From assembly GCA_965153285.1 (NCBI GenBank), contig OZ229114.1: DNA of 64,000 nt; one strand, 5' to 3'. Source of the DNA: Podarcis tiliguerta. Its lineage: Eukaryota. A program made the translations under genes and the position numbers. This document shows positions 12,025 through 23,669 of the stretch, piece after piece (within the stretch, counting starts at the first letter, position 1; each line of letters starts with the position of its first letter). Under the pieces are notes generated by a model. It was not told the origin of the DNA. It ran no database searches and saw nothing but the letters and a program-made list of their open reading frames with translations.

Positions 12025-12640
12025 AACTCCTTTGGGTGTAACCAGGAGCTTTTCTCTCAGTGAACCAGAAGGTGTGAGGCCCCTTGATTCCCACCCTACA
12101 CCACAGTTCCAGCCTTGATTGCCACCCATCTCTGCCCCCCATCCCTGGACAAGCCAGCTATTTATTAATCAAAAACAGATATGCCACACAAATATATGTG
12201 CTGAAAGCCATGTCTAGTGTGTTCCTAAAAGGGGAATCCCCTTCAGAGCAAAGTAGGAGGAAACCTATAACCTTGCAGCAGCACATAGGGAGAACTGGAG
12301 TGCATAACGGGCTCAAACAGCAGCCAAAGTGAAAGGAAAAAACAGGTTTCTTGTAAGGCAATCAGTGTTTATAGCTGTAAGAAATACATTTCTAATTGAA
12401 ATAGTGGGGGGCCCAGGGGCCTTCAGAAGTTAAAGAAACCAAACTCCATTCCGGAAAGGGGGCTCCCAGTTCACACAATGGAGCAATGTTACTACATGTA
12501 TGCACCCAAGTCTAGTGAGCACAGTTTCCAAAATGTACTTTAAATATAATAAGGAGCAAAGATCAAAAATACAGTTGCTTTTGAATTAACTGAACTTTGA
12601 TGTTTTGTGCACAATACTGAAATAAACCTATCTTTACCAG

Positions 12641-12735
12641 GGGTGCAAAATACAATTTGCTGGCACATACATCTTTGGGATTGGAGAGTGTCAACAACAA
12701 TTTCAGGACCCACAACCTTACTGCTGTGGGAGATG
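12641..12735 (+). CDS. RTKN2: Rhotekin 2 exon 7
   Basis: ttaccag|G...GATG|gtaagt; 95 bp; GAKYNLLAHTSLGLESVNNNFRTHNLTAVGD. Confidence 0.95.
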
Positions 12736-13865
12736 GTAAGTTCATAGTAAATAAGATAAATGATGTATGAGTAGAATATTCCAACTTGATTTCATAGTAC
12801 TCAAATGTAGTGATTGTTTTCCTTGCCTTATGTTTTGCCAAACCTTACAAACTGTATGAAGGTAGCTTTTCTCCTTGCTATCTTAACAGCATTTGGAAGG
12901 AAAGAATTCACACTTTTGATGGATAGTCCCCCCTGCCTCCCGAACTACCTCTTGTAATTTCCCCAAATCTCTGTCCAATGCACATTCACTCAAAACTAAG
13001 TCCCACTTTGCTAAGTAGACAGTGTTGCAGTTGGAGGCAAGTGAGTATGAGGTCCAGAACCTGGAACGAGTTGTAAAAGCAGCATTTGTATGGGGCAGAC
13101 AGATGCTACTAGGAAAGGTGAGATAAATGCCCATGCCACCCCCTGTGTTTTTATGTAAATAATTCTCCTGCAGTAGATGAAACCTGTTTACATGGTGTGT
13201 GTTTTAAAAAAAAATATTGGCATTTCTAGTCATGTATACTGGATGAAAACACCACTGAAAATATAACAAACCCATGTGAGTTCTGGTTCACAGTCTTAGA
13301 ACAATTGTAGACATGCATAACAAATTACTCCGGATTCCTGTACAGCAGAACAGTGCCATTCAAATCTAACACACTTATTAAACCGCAACATTCTTACATT
13401 TTTCCTTCTTTTTTTATTGTGGATGCCTGTCAGCTTCTACATTCAGCAGCTGACCAGCGACTCTCTCGAGCTGACATTTGTATGAGGAGGTGGAAGGGAT
13501 GAGAATTTGTTTGGTAAATGAAGTGTATGATGAGGTGATGATCGTTTAAGATCATGCTGAAGAAACAAGAGGATAAACTGAGGGTGGATTCAGCTGTGCT
13601 GTTTTTGTCATGTTGTTGGATGCACTAGGCAATTGACCTTCTCTTTGCTGTTTTTGGCAAAGAAATCTTTGTTGTCCAAAGCGGTCTACTGTTCTTTGGT
13701 TCTCTCTAGTCCTGTGCGATGGAGCTCTCATCCTGCAGTGTAATAAATTCAAATGCAGGCTCCAGTCTTTGTTCCATGTCTTGTAATCAACTATTGGTAA
13801 AAAAATAATTCCTCTTGAGTAATGACTAATCTAACAATATGCAATGGTCATGACTTTTTTTTTAG

Positions 13866-13972
13866 AAGAATCTTCTTTTTGGCTTCCATTGTATGGCAGC
13901 CTGTGTTGTCGTCTAATTGCTCAACCATACTGCATGACCAAGGATATGATGACTGGATATCTTAGACAACAG
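13866..13972 (+). CDS. RTKN2: Rhotekin 2 exon 8
   Basis: tttttag|AA...CAG|gtaaat; 107 bp; EESSFWLPLYGSLCCRLIAQPYCMTKDMMTGYLRQQ. Confidence 0.95.
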
Positions 13973-15143
13973 GTAAATTGTATAATATATATATGGTTGA
14001 TGTAAACATATGCAAGGTTAAAAATTGAAATGTAATGTTCAGTTTTAGCTAGGCAATCTTGTAATGCATTGTACCAATCTTTTAAGGTGAAGTTGCATTC
14101 TCCCCACGCCCCCATAAAATATTGGTTAGAACATGCACAGATACATAAATTCACCTCAAGAGCTAAAGGTCTCTTGCATTGCCCTGGGGAACAGTACAAC
14201 CCTGTAAAATGTTGAAGGCAGCCTTGAACACAAAATGTAAATGAATTTTAGCATGATTTAAAATAAACACCACAAACATGGGCAATAATATCCCTATAGG
14301 AAAATGATTATACTGAAATAAAGTGCAGAAGCAAAAACGGCCCCTGACTTACTGGTGTCAGTTGGCAATTGTGTCATTGTTGAGGTTGAGACTGGAAGAT
14401 TGAAAGGAAAATTTGTTAGCCAGGTGGTGCAGTATTATATTCATTAATGTGAAACCCTCTTTTTTTTAAAAAAAATGGGGACTTCTGTGACATGATAACT
14501 ACAATGATAAACACTGGGTTGAAAAGAAACAAATCATTAGGGTGTTGCCATTGCTAAGTGTACATTACCTTGAATAATACATCTTCCTACGTGGACTTGA
14601 TGCTGGCCAGTATCACATGCACAGGGTCTTACTTTGGAGGAATTTATGTTTGTGTGTATATCAATGAATTGTTACATGCAACTTGTGCCACGTTATGTTG
14701 GACACAGGTCATTTCCCTATTCTTCACAGTTTCCAATAAACATCACCATAAGTTTGACACTTGCACATAAAATGTTAGCTCTTTATGTGTATCGCTGTAG
14801 ATGGAAAAATGTTTTGATACATACTTTTAAAGAAAACATTTACCCGAGTTACAGATAAATTCTTGAGGTTGCAAAACTGTTACATGTTTTGAAATGCAAT
14901 AACAAAAAAGCATTTAAACAGGCACCTTGATTACAGTACTTTTGTAGGGAAGATCAAGGCAGTTAACTAACAAATAGTTTAATGTTAACAAGAGTTAAAT
15001 AATATTGACTAAAACGCAAAATACTATGTAAAGAAGCTTACAATCGTTACAGTGGTCACTATGGAATTACCCTTCCTATAGGTAATGCATAAAAATATAG
15101 TTAGCCCCAGAAGCAGCTGTACTCACCCCCTGCACAGTGGAGT

Positions 15144-15144
<1 letters not shown>

Positions 15145-15175
<31 letters not shown>
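15145..15175. repeat. (TAT)n microsatellite
   Basis: About 10 perfect units. Confidence 0.95.
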
Positions 15176-15942
15176 TTGCAAAGAATCTTGGGAGCCCATG
15201 GAGACTGGGGAAGATAGATTATTCTCTGATCTTAATAATCAGAGCTCTAGTGAATAGAGCAGAAATGTGACTGGCAAATTGAGGAAGGAATATCTGTGAA
15301 TATAAAAATAGCGGCCTATTCTACCCAGAATCAATTTGCTGCCCACCATTATTGGGTAGGCAAGGGCATTTAATCATTTGGGAATCTTAAATATGTCCAA
15401 TTAATGGATGTTTCATGGGCTTATTTACAGAAGTGTCTGTTCCTTTTACGACTTCTTGTTGCCACAAGTAACATTTGTGTTTACTTCCCCCTCTCATGTT
15501 TTTATACTAACTTTGTTTGGGGGGGGGGTACTACTGCTTCTCAATTCTGAAGATCTCTTAATGGAATAAAAGATGTTGCATCTTTATTGCAATTCAGTAT
15601 TGTCTGTGAAAATTCCTAGTTGCCTAATTTTTTAAAACAACCTATTTTACCTAAATTATTAAGACATAAGCTAATGAGTAATCTCCAGCTGTTAAAATGC
15701 CTTGTGAATGGATGTTGGAACTTAGATACACAATGCAGAAGAGCAGACTGGATTGATAAATAACATAAAATGGAAATGCGTATATATAATTTATTTATAG
15801 AAAGAGGCTGCATCTAGACACATCAAAGAAGTGTTTCAGTTTAAAGTGTTGTAAATTTAAACAGGGAAAACAGGTAGAGAAAAACAGGACTCCACATTGC
15901 CATCTGGTGGAACAATGTTATATTGCATACACAACACATATA

Positions 15943-16200
15943 CCGTATTTTTCGCCCTATAAGACGCACCAGACCACAAGACGCACCTAGTTTTTGGAGG
16001 AGGAAAACAAGGAAAAAAATATTCTGAATTTCAGAAGCCAGAACAGCAAGAGGGATCGCTGTGCAGTGAAAGCAGCAATCCCTCTTGCTGTTCTGGCTTC
16101 TGTGATAGCTGCGCAGCCTGCATTCGCTCCATAAGACGCACACACATTTCCCCTTACTTTTTAGGAGGAAAAAGTGACTCTTATAGAGCAAAAAATACGG
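15943..16200. mobile_element. pogo/Tc2-like MITE
   Basis: TIR CCGTATTTTTCGCCCTATAAGA vs reverse complement of the right end CCGTATTTTTTGCTCTATAAGA; flanks TA and CA; internal TAAGACGCAC repeats. Confidence 0.88.
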
Positions 16201-16514
16201 CAAATCACTTTTTCGTAACCACTCTAGCTGAGTCCAGAGAAAGCTAAATCATGTCATTAACAATGGTAGATTTGCATCATAATACTGTTAAGCACATTAC
16301 GAAATATCACGAGATGACCAGGTAAGTCTTTAGTGATATTTGCTTTAGCTCTTGTGTGAAATTTTCTTCTCAAATTATTATATGGACAACTCCGCAATCA
16401 GAGCAGCTGAGTGGTCTCTTCTTCATGCATATTGTGTACCATTCATTATTTCCCCAAGAAAATTTAGTTCATTGAGAAGTAAAACTTATGCTAAACATGT
16501 TTGCTTTCTTGCAG

Positions 16515-16646
16515 CAAAAGATAGGGAATGTGACTGGATGGAGGAAACTATACTGTGTACTGAGAGGTGGCAAACTCCTTTGTTATTGTACACCAGAAGA
16601 AATAGAAGCTAAAGTGGAGCCGACTTTGACAGTTTCTGTCAACAAG
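16515..16646 (+). CDS. RTKN2: Rhotekin 2 exon 9 (PH domain)
   Basis: cttgcag|CAA...AAG|gtaaaa; 132 bp; QKIGNVTGWRKLYCVLRGGKLLCYCTPEEIEAKVEPTLTVSVNK. Confidence 0.95.
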
Positions 16647-16998
16647 GTAAAATATAACATCTGCTACTCAAGCTAAGTTACAGTGCTCCTTTTGTATGTT
16701 GTTAAGCTAAACTGGAAATGCTATTTGTGTCTCAGGTGATGGAGTTCCTTCCATGCCAGGTGTGGGAGCTAAGGTAGCATTGCATGAAAGCTTCAGGGGC
16801 ACAGTTTCTGAGTCTCTAATTGGAACCTCGGTTACCAATAACGGCAGCTCTTTTTGACAGTTCGTTTTGTGTTTTTTCTGCTACTAATGCAAAGATGCTT
16901 TTTAGGTCGTTGATACTACAGCCATATACAAGTTTTGCTTTTTTGATCCATGGGGAGAGTGCCCCCTGCCATAAAGGCTTCATATATTTTATATAAAT

Positions 16999-17229
16999 CC
17001 ATGGTTTCCAATGTAGGGCACACGCCCCACAGGGGGGGCAATTTGATTTTTAAGGGCGGCAATTCGAGAATGAGTTATTAACAGTAAATGGCCTTTTAGG
17101 CTTCCTCCATGTGAACAGGAGTTCATTTTTGGAATAATAAGAATTATATATCACCGGGGGTGGGGGGTGGGATAAGGATTTTAGAGGTGCTTAGGTGGGG
17201 CATGGCCAAAAAAAGGTTGGGAACCACTG
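16999..17229. mobile_element. hAT MITE (Charlie-like)
   Basis: Right end AGGTTGGGAACCACTG; degenerate left end CCATGGTTTCCAA; 8-bp flanks ATATAAAT/ATAAAAGT (6/8). Confidence 0.7.
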
Positions 17230-17323
17230 ATAAAAGTATATGCAAAAGACAAATGAGGAAGATTCTCTACTGTCTCCATGTCACATATGCTTAAGTACAG
17301 AATTTAAAACCTAGTTTTTGGCT

Positions 17324-17367
17324 CCTTCCTTCCTTCCTTCCTTCCTTCCTTCCTTCCTTCCTTCCTT
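17324..17367. repeat. (CCTT)n microsatellite
   Basis: About 11 units. Confidence 0.95.
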
Positions 17368-18866
17368 TTTCTCACACACCAGTAACCAACAGGATACTGG
17401 AAGGCATCATACATATCTATTCATGTGTATCTAGGAGAGATGATTTAGATAGGAATTGCATGAATGGGGCAAACTCATGCTTCCTTCCTTCATTAATTGT
17501 GGGAAAGAACTGTGCAGTTGGTTCACTCGTGTGGTTTCTATATCCAACCTGTCCTAAAGTGCTATAGGAAGAGGTTTCAGGGAAGCAGCACCCATACCAC
17601 TGCCAGGTAAGTGTGAATGGTAGGACCTGAACACAGCAACTTTCCAGTACTGAAATGGTATAATTGGAAACCTCTGTGCTAGAACATCCTGCCTGAGTGA
17701 ACAATGTGAGGGCAGGTAACTAAACCATAGATTGAGCAACATCTTTCAAGATGTTTAATCCAAGGGGCTAATAACTTATTGACTTCCATAAATTTTGGAG
17801 AATACTGGTTGATCAAATCTATTCACATTTCTTCAGAAGCAAGTCCACTTTGTTCAATAGGGCTTACTCCCCAGTCAGTGAGTTTAGGATTTCAACCTCA
17901 GTCTCCACTTAATTGAAAGACCTAGCACACACTGCCATACCTTAAGTTGTTTGTTTAGTCTCTGAGAGACAAGTGTATTCACTATTTCCTAGTCAAAAGT
18001 GGGGACAGTACTGTGTCAAAGGACTGACAGTACATTTAGACCTGCGTGTTATGCTGGAGAGAGCTTGTGGGCACTTTAAATAGCATGCTTAATATGCAGT
18101 TCCTTGGATACATCCCATCTGTTGCATAATGTATTACCGCTTCAGAAACATACCGACCTATTACTGCTGAAGTTAGCATCTTCCATCACTTAAATAATCA
18201 AATGAAGTATAAAATGCCTCTTACTTGAGAATCACTTTTGTTTTATAAATGCATTTGCGGCATAAGATACATAGCAAACACTAAATGAACTTATGTCACT
18301 GGGTTGCTTCAAGTTCTAACCTGTCAAATGTAAATCTATTTGACTTAATTTTATACTGGTATCTATGGTTACCTGCATTAATAGGACACAGCATTTATGG
18401 ATGAATTACTTAATCTCCTATTTTTAGAATGAAAAATTTAAATGAGCAAATTCATCAGATATGCTACAAACAGCTGTGTTTGTATTTCAAACAGCTCCTC
18501 CGGTATTTTTTAAAATGTACCCCATCAATAATATTTTGCAGATTTTTCAAAGACTTGTCAGCCCTGGAATTCTGCACCCCTACCCCCATGACAATATATG
18601 TGACTTACTTTTCCTAGTTACATATTTAATCTTTACTGGTGTGAACTGACAGACATTCCACAGAATGTGTTTGAAGTGAAATGGGATTAAATAAGAACAG
18701 AGAAGTCCTCCTGTCTATATAACTACAGTAGTAGGTTTCTTGGCTTTATAAAGAGATGGGTTTAATGTCTGTCTTCTTGTGAAGAAGGTTTATTTTTGTT
18801 TTTGCAATGGTGAGATAGTTGGATGACATGAATTATCAAAAAAAAAATTGTATGTGGCTGAGATAA

Positions 18867-18960
18867 TTAGGTTGCAGTCTTGTTCAGTTCAATGTGGTAA
18901 ATTCGATTGCGATCAATGGGGTATTGGGCACGTGAAACCATTTGTGGAATTGCAACCTAA
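18867..18960. mobile_element. Short palindromic MITE (Harbinger-like); related decayed copies near 17815-17900, 31310-31380, 34605-34745, 54225-54298
   Basis: TTAGGTTGCA...TGCAACCTAA termini with a central ATTG...CAATGGGG dyad shared among copies. Confidence 0.6.
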
Positions 18961-19004
18961 TTTTAAATAGGTCTCAAAGCATGCATCACTTAATCAGAAT
19001 AACT

Positions 19005-19220
19005 GTTGTTGGCATTCGTGCGTCTCAAGAGACAATGGAGCGTGCCCCTGGGGGTGAAGTCCAACCATGCATTAGCAGCACTGCCCTGGGGTGTAAGCCT
19101 GAGCAGTGTGCTTGGAGGTCCTGTCCTGCCCAGATGACAAGACCCACCCCTCACCCTTACTGATGTGGTCCAAAGGAAAGCAGAGCAATATATTTGGCAC
19201 CAGCTTGGCTGCAGGAGTTG
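19005..19220 (-). mobile_element. Non-autonomous RTE-type retroelement, 3' part (same family as 9631..10164)
   Basis: Reverse complement CAACTCCTGCAGCCAAGCTGGTGCCAAATATATTGCTCTGCTTTCCTTTGGACCACATCAG aligns to ~9935-9995 with about 3 mismatches. Confidence 0.8.
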
Positions 19221-19589
19221 TCTTTTAAAGGTGTGTTCTTAACTGAATGTGAAGGTCACACTGGCTGCATAAGAGCACAGCCTTTCTGTGAGAATCTTGG
19301 ATAATGTTTAAATGGCCCAGCTGCGTGGGCAAGGTCTGATCATGTTGGCCCAAACCACAAAATCAATGCAGACTCCAGGTTTGGGGTCCATATTATCAGC
19401 TCTCACCTGCATGATTAGGGTGGTGGGTTGTTTTTTTTAATTCAGGTAATTCTGTTTTAGTCTTCATCTGTGCCACCACACAGCTATTCCCAGAGCAGCT
19501 CACAGATCAAAGATTAAAAATATTGTAACCAGAAATATGCTAACTAATTGTAAAATAGCAAAACCAGAGCCAAGTAAAAGTAAAAGCTG

Positions 19590-19900
19590 CTAGTTCAAAC
19601 AACATCTAAAAAGCCTGCATACATAAAAAGATATTTTACCTGGCACTGAAAGAGCAATAGTAACTGCCAGGCAATATGCCAAGAGAGGCACTCTGAAGAT
19701 GGAGGCGATGGAGGCCTCATCACTGAAAGGCCCCACCTGCCTTGCCTCCGACAGTAGGGGAACTCACAATGGAAACCTTGGCGAACACCTGGGCAGGTCC
19801 AAGTGGGAGCAAACAGTTCTTGTAGTACATTGTAAAGAGCATTCTCACAGATGGTGTTCCAGTTGTAAAGGAGCTGGTAATGGAAAATGTGTCCAGGCAA
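19590..19900 (-). mobile_element. Decayed L2-type LINE 3' fragment
   Basis: AAAAGCCTG...TTTTACCTGGCACTGAAAG...GCCAGGCAA pattern resembles antisense squamate L2 3' ends. Confidence 0.5.
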
Positions 19901-19941
19901 GCAGGGTAATTTCTGTGGGGAAATGTTTTCTAGCTTTAAAC

Positions 19942-20048
19942 AATCTGTGACCCTCCAAGTGTTGTCGGACTCCAGTATGGGCAATGGTTGGGGATGATAG
20001 GAGTTGTAGTTCAGAGGCATCTGGAGGGCCACAGGTTAGCCACTCCTG
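19942..20048. mobile_element. hAT MITE fragment; related copy at ~54990..55095
   Basis: CTGTGACCCTCCAAGTGTTG...CATCTGGAGGGCCACAGGTTAGCCACTCCTG dyad. Confidence 0.7.
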
Positions 20049-20940
20049 GTCTAAACAGTGACTGAAATCCAGAGTGCAAATGGAGCTGCCCCTGCTCCAC
20101 TCACATCCTCAAGAGTGGCTTTTCAGGTGATGGAATGAGCTGCAGAAGAAATGGATTAAGCAGTAAACTGTGCAAATGGACTCCACCTCCCCCCAATGCT
20201 TCTCTGGATACTACTCAGTTTATGTACCTCTTTGGATTTAGTCAGTTTCTCTTGAATAAATCTGTCATTGCAAAATGTAACGTTGCAAAGAAAGGGGGGG
20301 GGAGAGGAGCTCTAATTGACATCTCAAAATCTCTTGGTTGACAGACCTTTTGGAAATCACAGAAAATTGGGTTGCAACAATGCAGTTAGACTTGTAGGTG
20401 TACTGGACAGTTTAAAGAGCTCCGGTTTCTCCATTGTTGCTGCAATATATGTTTAAAATAGCACTGAAGCCAGTTCAGGAAGTGAAACTAGTCTTGGTGT
20501 TCTTAACAATTACAAGACATGAAGACAGAGTAGTTCAAGGATATGCCTGTGAGTAGATGGGAACATCGTACAGGTTACTTGGGGAAAGTTTGTCAATATG
20601 ATAATTCAATCAGGTCAGCAACAGATATCACTTTAATTGATACCGAATGATTTCTCTTACTCTCTTAATTTAACTGATATGAAATATGCCTCAATTTTCT
20701 GAATCTGAGCAATCTAGAAAGCAATTCTGTTTAGAACCATCCAAATGATGTCTCCTCCTGCCCATTATAAAATATGTTCTAAATATGCTTACTTTAATGC
20801 ATACCTTTTTAATTTGAGTTCTTCTTTAAGCAGAATTAATGTCCATATAACATCACCTTGAAAATTGCAGTGATGGAACTAAATAGTGCCTAGCTGACAA
20901 CTGTCAAGTAACCTATGATTTTTCTGTTTGATTAAAGTTG

Positions 20941-20986
<46 letters not shown>
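20941..20986. repeat. (GT)8(GA)15 compound microsatellite
   Basis: Read directly; ends about 37 nt before RTKN2 exon 10. Confidence 0.95.
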
Positions 20987-20988
<2 letters not shown>

Positions 20989-21023
20989 ATTATAGTTTCA
21001 CTCTGTATTTATATAACATTTAG

Positions 21024-21189
21024 GAAACCAGAATTCGTGCTGTGGATAAAGATACTCCGATAAACTCCAATAACTTTTCTGTTATCAACCCTGAGGCTGG
21101 TGAAACTGTGACTCAGATTTTTGCAGTTGAAAGCCGGGAAGACCTTTATAACTGGATGGAAGCTTTCTGGCAGCACTTCTATGACTTCA
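21024..21189 (+). CDS. RTKN2: Rhotekin 2 exon 10 (PH domain)
   Basis: atttag|GAA...TTCA|gtaagt; 166 bp; ETRIRAVDKDTPINSNNFSVINPEAGETVTQIFAVESREDLYNWMEAFWQHFYDF. Confidence 0.95.
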
Positions 21190-21958
21190 GTAAGTAGCGC
21201 CGTCTCCTTTTGTACAGGAGTGCCTATGTATGTTCAAAGAATGCACTGAACATTTTGAACTCACATTGCATAACAATCCTGTCATTTGCAAGTAGAATAA
21301 AATAAAAAAGCTCTCTGTTCTCCAGCACATTAGGTAGTATGTTCTTCAGAGGAAGAGCAGGAAATCTTTTAACTTTGATAATCTGATCCTTCATTGCTTT
21401 ATTCCCTTGATATTCTGGAGGCTCGGAAAGAAGACGATTGGGAAACCATCTATTGGGGAAATGTTTTAGCGGGGTGGTATAAAAGTTTCCTGTGTGTTCC
21501 TCCCTCCCCCAAATACATCTCATAACTGTTTATACTGCTGAGCAGAGCCTTCTACTGAGGTTTCACTGCGCCTCTTCTTTCCCTTCCATCACAGTGATTT
21601 GCAATAAAATAAATGAATATTTATGTCAAGCTGAAATATCTGACAGTAACAGTATTAAGGTATAAATTGTAAAGATTGGGACTTGGTCATGCTGTGAGAA
21701 TTGATTGTCTTGTTCCCATGTTGGAAGCCTGAGAAATCCTAGCTTACTTTGCCACTGCAAAGGTATAGTACTTGCTTGAGAGATTATGGCATTATTGGAA
21801 GCATCCAGATCTTCGTCAGCTAGCAATCTGGAGTAATTGTAAAAGAGTTAATGCAGCATTTATGAAACAGTTCCCGATTTGGGGCATTATTAACCAGATA
21901 AAATTACAAAAAGTGGCGTATTTTTACTTCCTCTCATTGCTTTCTGATTTCCTTTTAG

Positions 21959-22066
21959 GCCAGTGGAAACACTGTTGTGAAGAATTCATGAAAATTGAGA
22001 TTATGTCACCACGGAAACCACCATTGTTCTTGACGAAAGAGGCTACTTCAGTTTACCAAGATATGA
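21959..22066 (+). CDS. RTKN2: Rhotekin 2 exon 11
   Basis: ccttttag|GC...ATGA|gtaagt; 108 bp; SQWKHCCEEFMKIEIMSPRKPPLFLTKEATSVYQDM. Confidence 0.96.
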
Positions 22067-22573
22067 GTAAGTGGGAGATAGCAGGGTATTTGAAGCAACA
22101 CTGGACACAACCTATTGTGCCTCTGTTTTATAATCTGTGTGGAGGTTGAATCAATTTCTGTTCTTGCATAACTCTCATTCCCCCCCCCCAGTGAAGGAGG
22201 AATCCAACCTTATTCCCCCCACCCGAGCCCTCTACATGTTTCCAAAATCTGTTCTCATGGGGTTCCCCAAACCTCGGGAGCAGTTTTTGTGGCTGCACGC
22301 AGGGCTGCCGCACTCAGTTCAACCCTGTGCACAATTAACTGACAGTAAGTCCTGTGGTTCTTAGGCTGGATAACTGTTTGGCAGTAACTGATAATTTTGC
22401 ATGATACCTGCAGTTTGGTAAATTTCTTGTTCTCTAGTTTACTATGTATAATGTTGCAACTGGTTAGATCCATCTTGACCAAGCGCAGGCCTGAGAAGCA
22501 GAGTGGCAGAGTGTCTAAGATGCTGTGCAATAAACTGGGGGTTCCTGGTTTGAATTCCATGTCCGCCTTCACT

Positions 22574-22808
22574 CATACAATCATAGAGGGCCTTCTGGTC
22601 CAAACTCCAGCAATGCAGGAATCACAGGTAAAGAATCCCTGACAGATGGCCAGCCATCCAATCTCTGTTTAAAAACTTCCAGTGAAGAAGGATCCACCAC
22701 CTTCTAGGGTAAACTGTTCCACTGGTGAACAGCTCTTAATGCTAGAAAGTTCTTCCTAATGTTTAGTTGGAATCTCCTTTCTTATCATTCGAATCCATTG
22801 GCTTGGTT
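22574..22808 (-). mobile_element. CR1 LINE 3' end
   Basis: Minus strand encodes a decayed RRFQLNIRKNFLALRAVHQWNSLP..VVDPSSLEVFKQRLD, the CR1 ORF2 C-terminus, then a CTATGATT-type tail. Confidence 0.9.
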
Positions 22809-23669
22809 TTGGCAAGTCACTGGGGTATTGTAAGCAAGGCATTCTCTCCCATTGTCTGATCCCTCATTTGGGTTGTTATATACGTGTGAAGTAGTATTAT
22901 TGTTTCTGGATGCTTCTATTCCAGCTATATTATAAGAACACCCCATTTGCCTCTGCTGGTAAGGGGATTGGAACCATCTCTCTGATCAGTCTAAAATTAC
23001 CTGACTCTTCTAGGACATGTTATGAATAAAATTGACTTTGCAGCTGACTAGCAGTAGAAAATAATGGTTTGCTCCCAAGCCCAGCAACAGTTTGTTGACC
23101 CCCTGCCCTTGAGGCTGTAAAAATTGTTATATTGATTACTGTGCTGTGCATTGAAACAGTCTAGAAGCAGAGTAATATTTGAACAGTGTTTTAAGTGGCC
23201 ACAAGTAAATCAAGAGTCAAATATGGAGGTACAGCATGAAAGCTGCATTGTAGTTTTTAAAGAAAACGAGTAATAAACTACATTTATCCTCTTCAAAATG
23301 AAAGGAGGTTCATGGTAGGCATTGGCATTCAATATAATCTCCCTGCTCCCTGGACAGTACTAAGAATTCAGTAAAAATTAATGAAGATCCACAATAGTTT
23401 AACCTCCTGCTGCTGATTTTACAAGGTAAAGTATTCCACCTAATGAAGCCTGCTGTACAGTGGACAGTAAAGCCATAATTGGCTGCGTTCATAATGTTAT
23501 GGTGTGTGTTTTGTTGATGTGTAAAAGTACAGGACAATTTTAGGGTCTTGTTTTCCATAAAGGTGTGCATGTTTTTATATCGTCGTGGTAAGGTTTAAAC
23601 ACTGGGCTCAACAATGCAGCTAAGTATCAATGTAATAAGAATTTTATGTTGTCTTTTAAAATGTGATAG

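Noticed and set aside
13527-13581. Possible C/D box snoRNA (ATGATGA...CTGA) in RTKN2 intron 7
   Set aside because: Box spacing is too short (34-55 nt), and there is no terminal stem or recognisable guide
13863-13868. TAGAAG NAGNAG acceptor at RTKN2 exon 8
   Set aside because: It would only remove one Glu, and a distal AAG after TAG is rarely used
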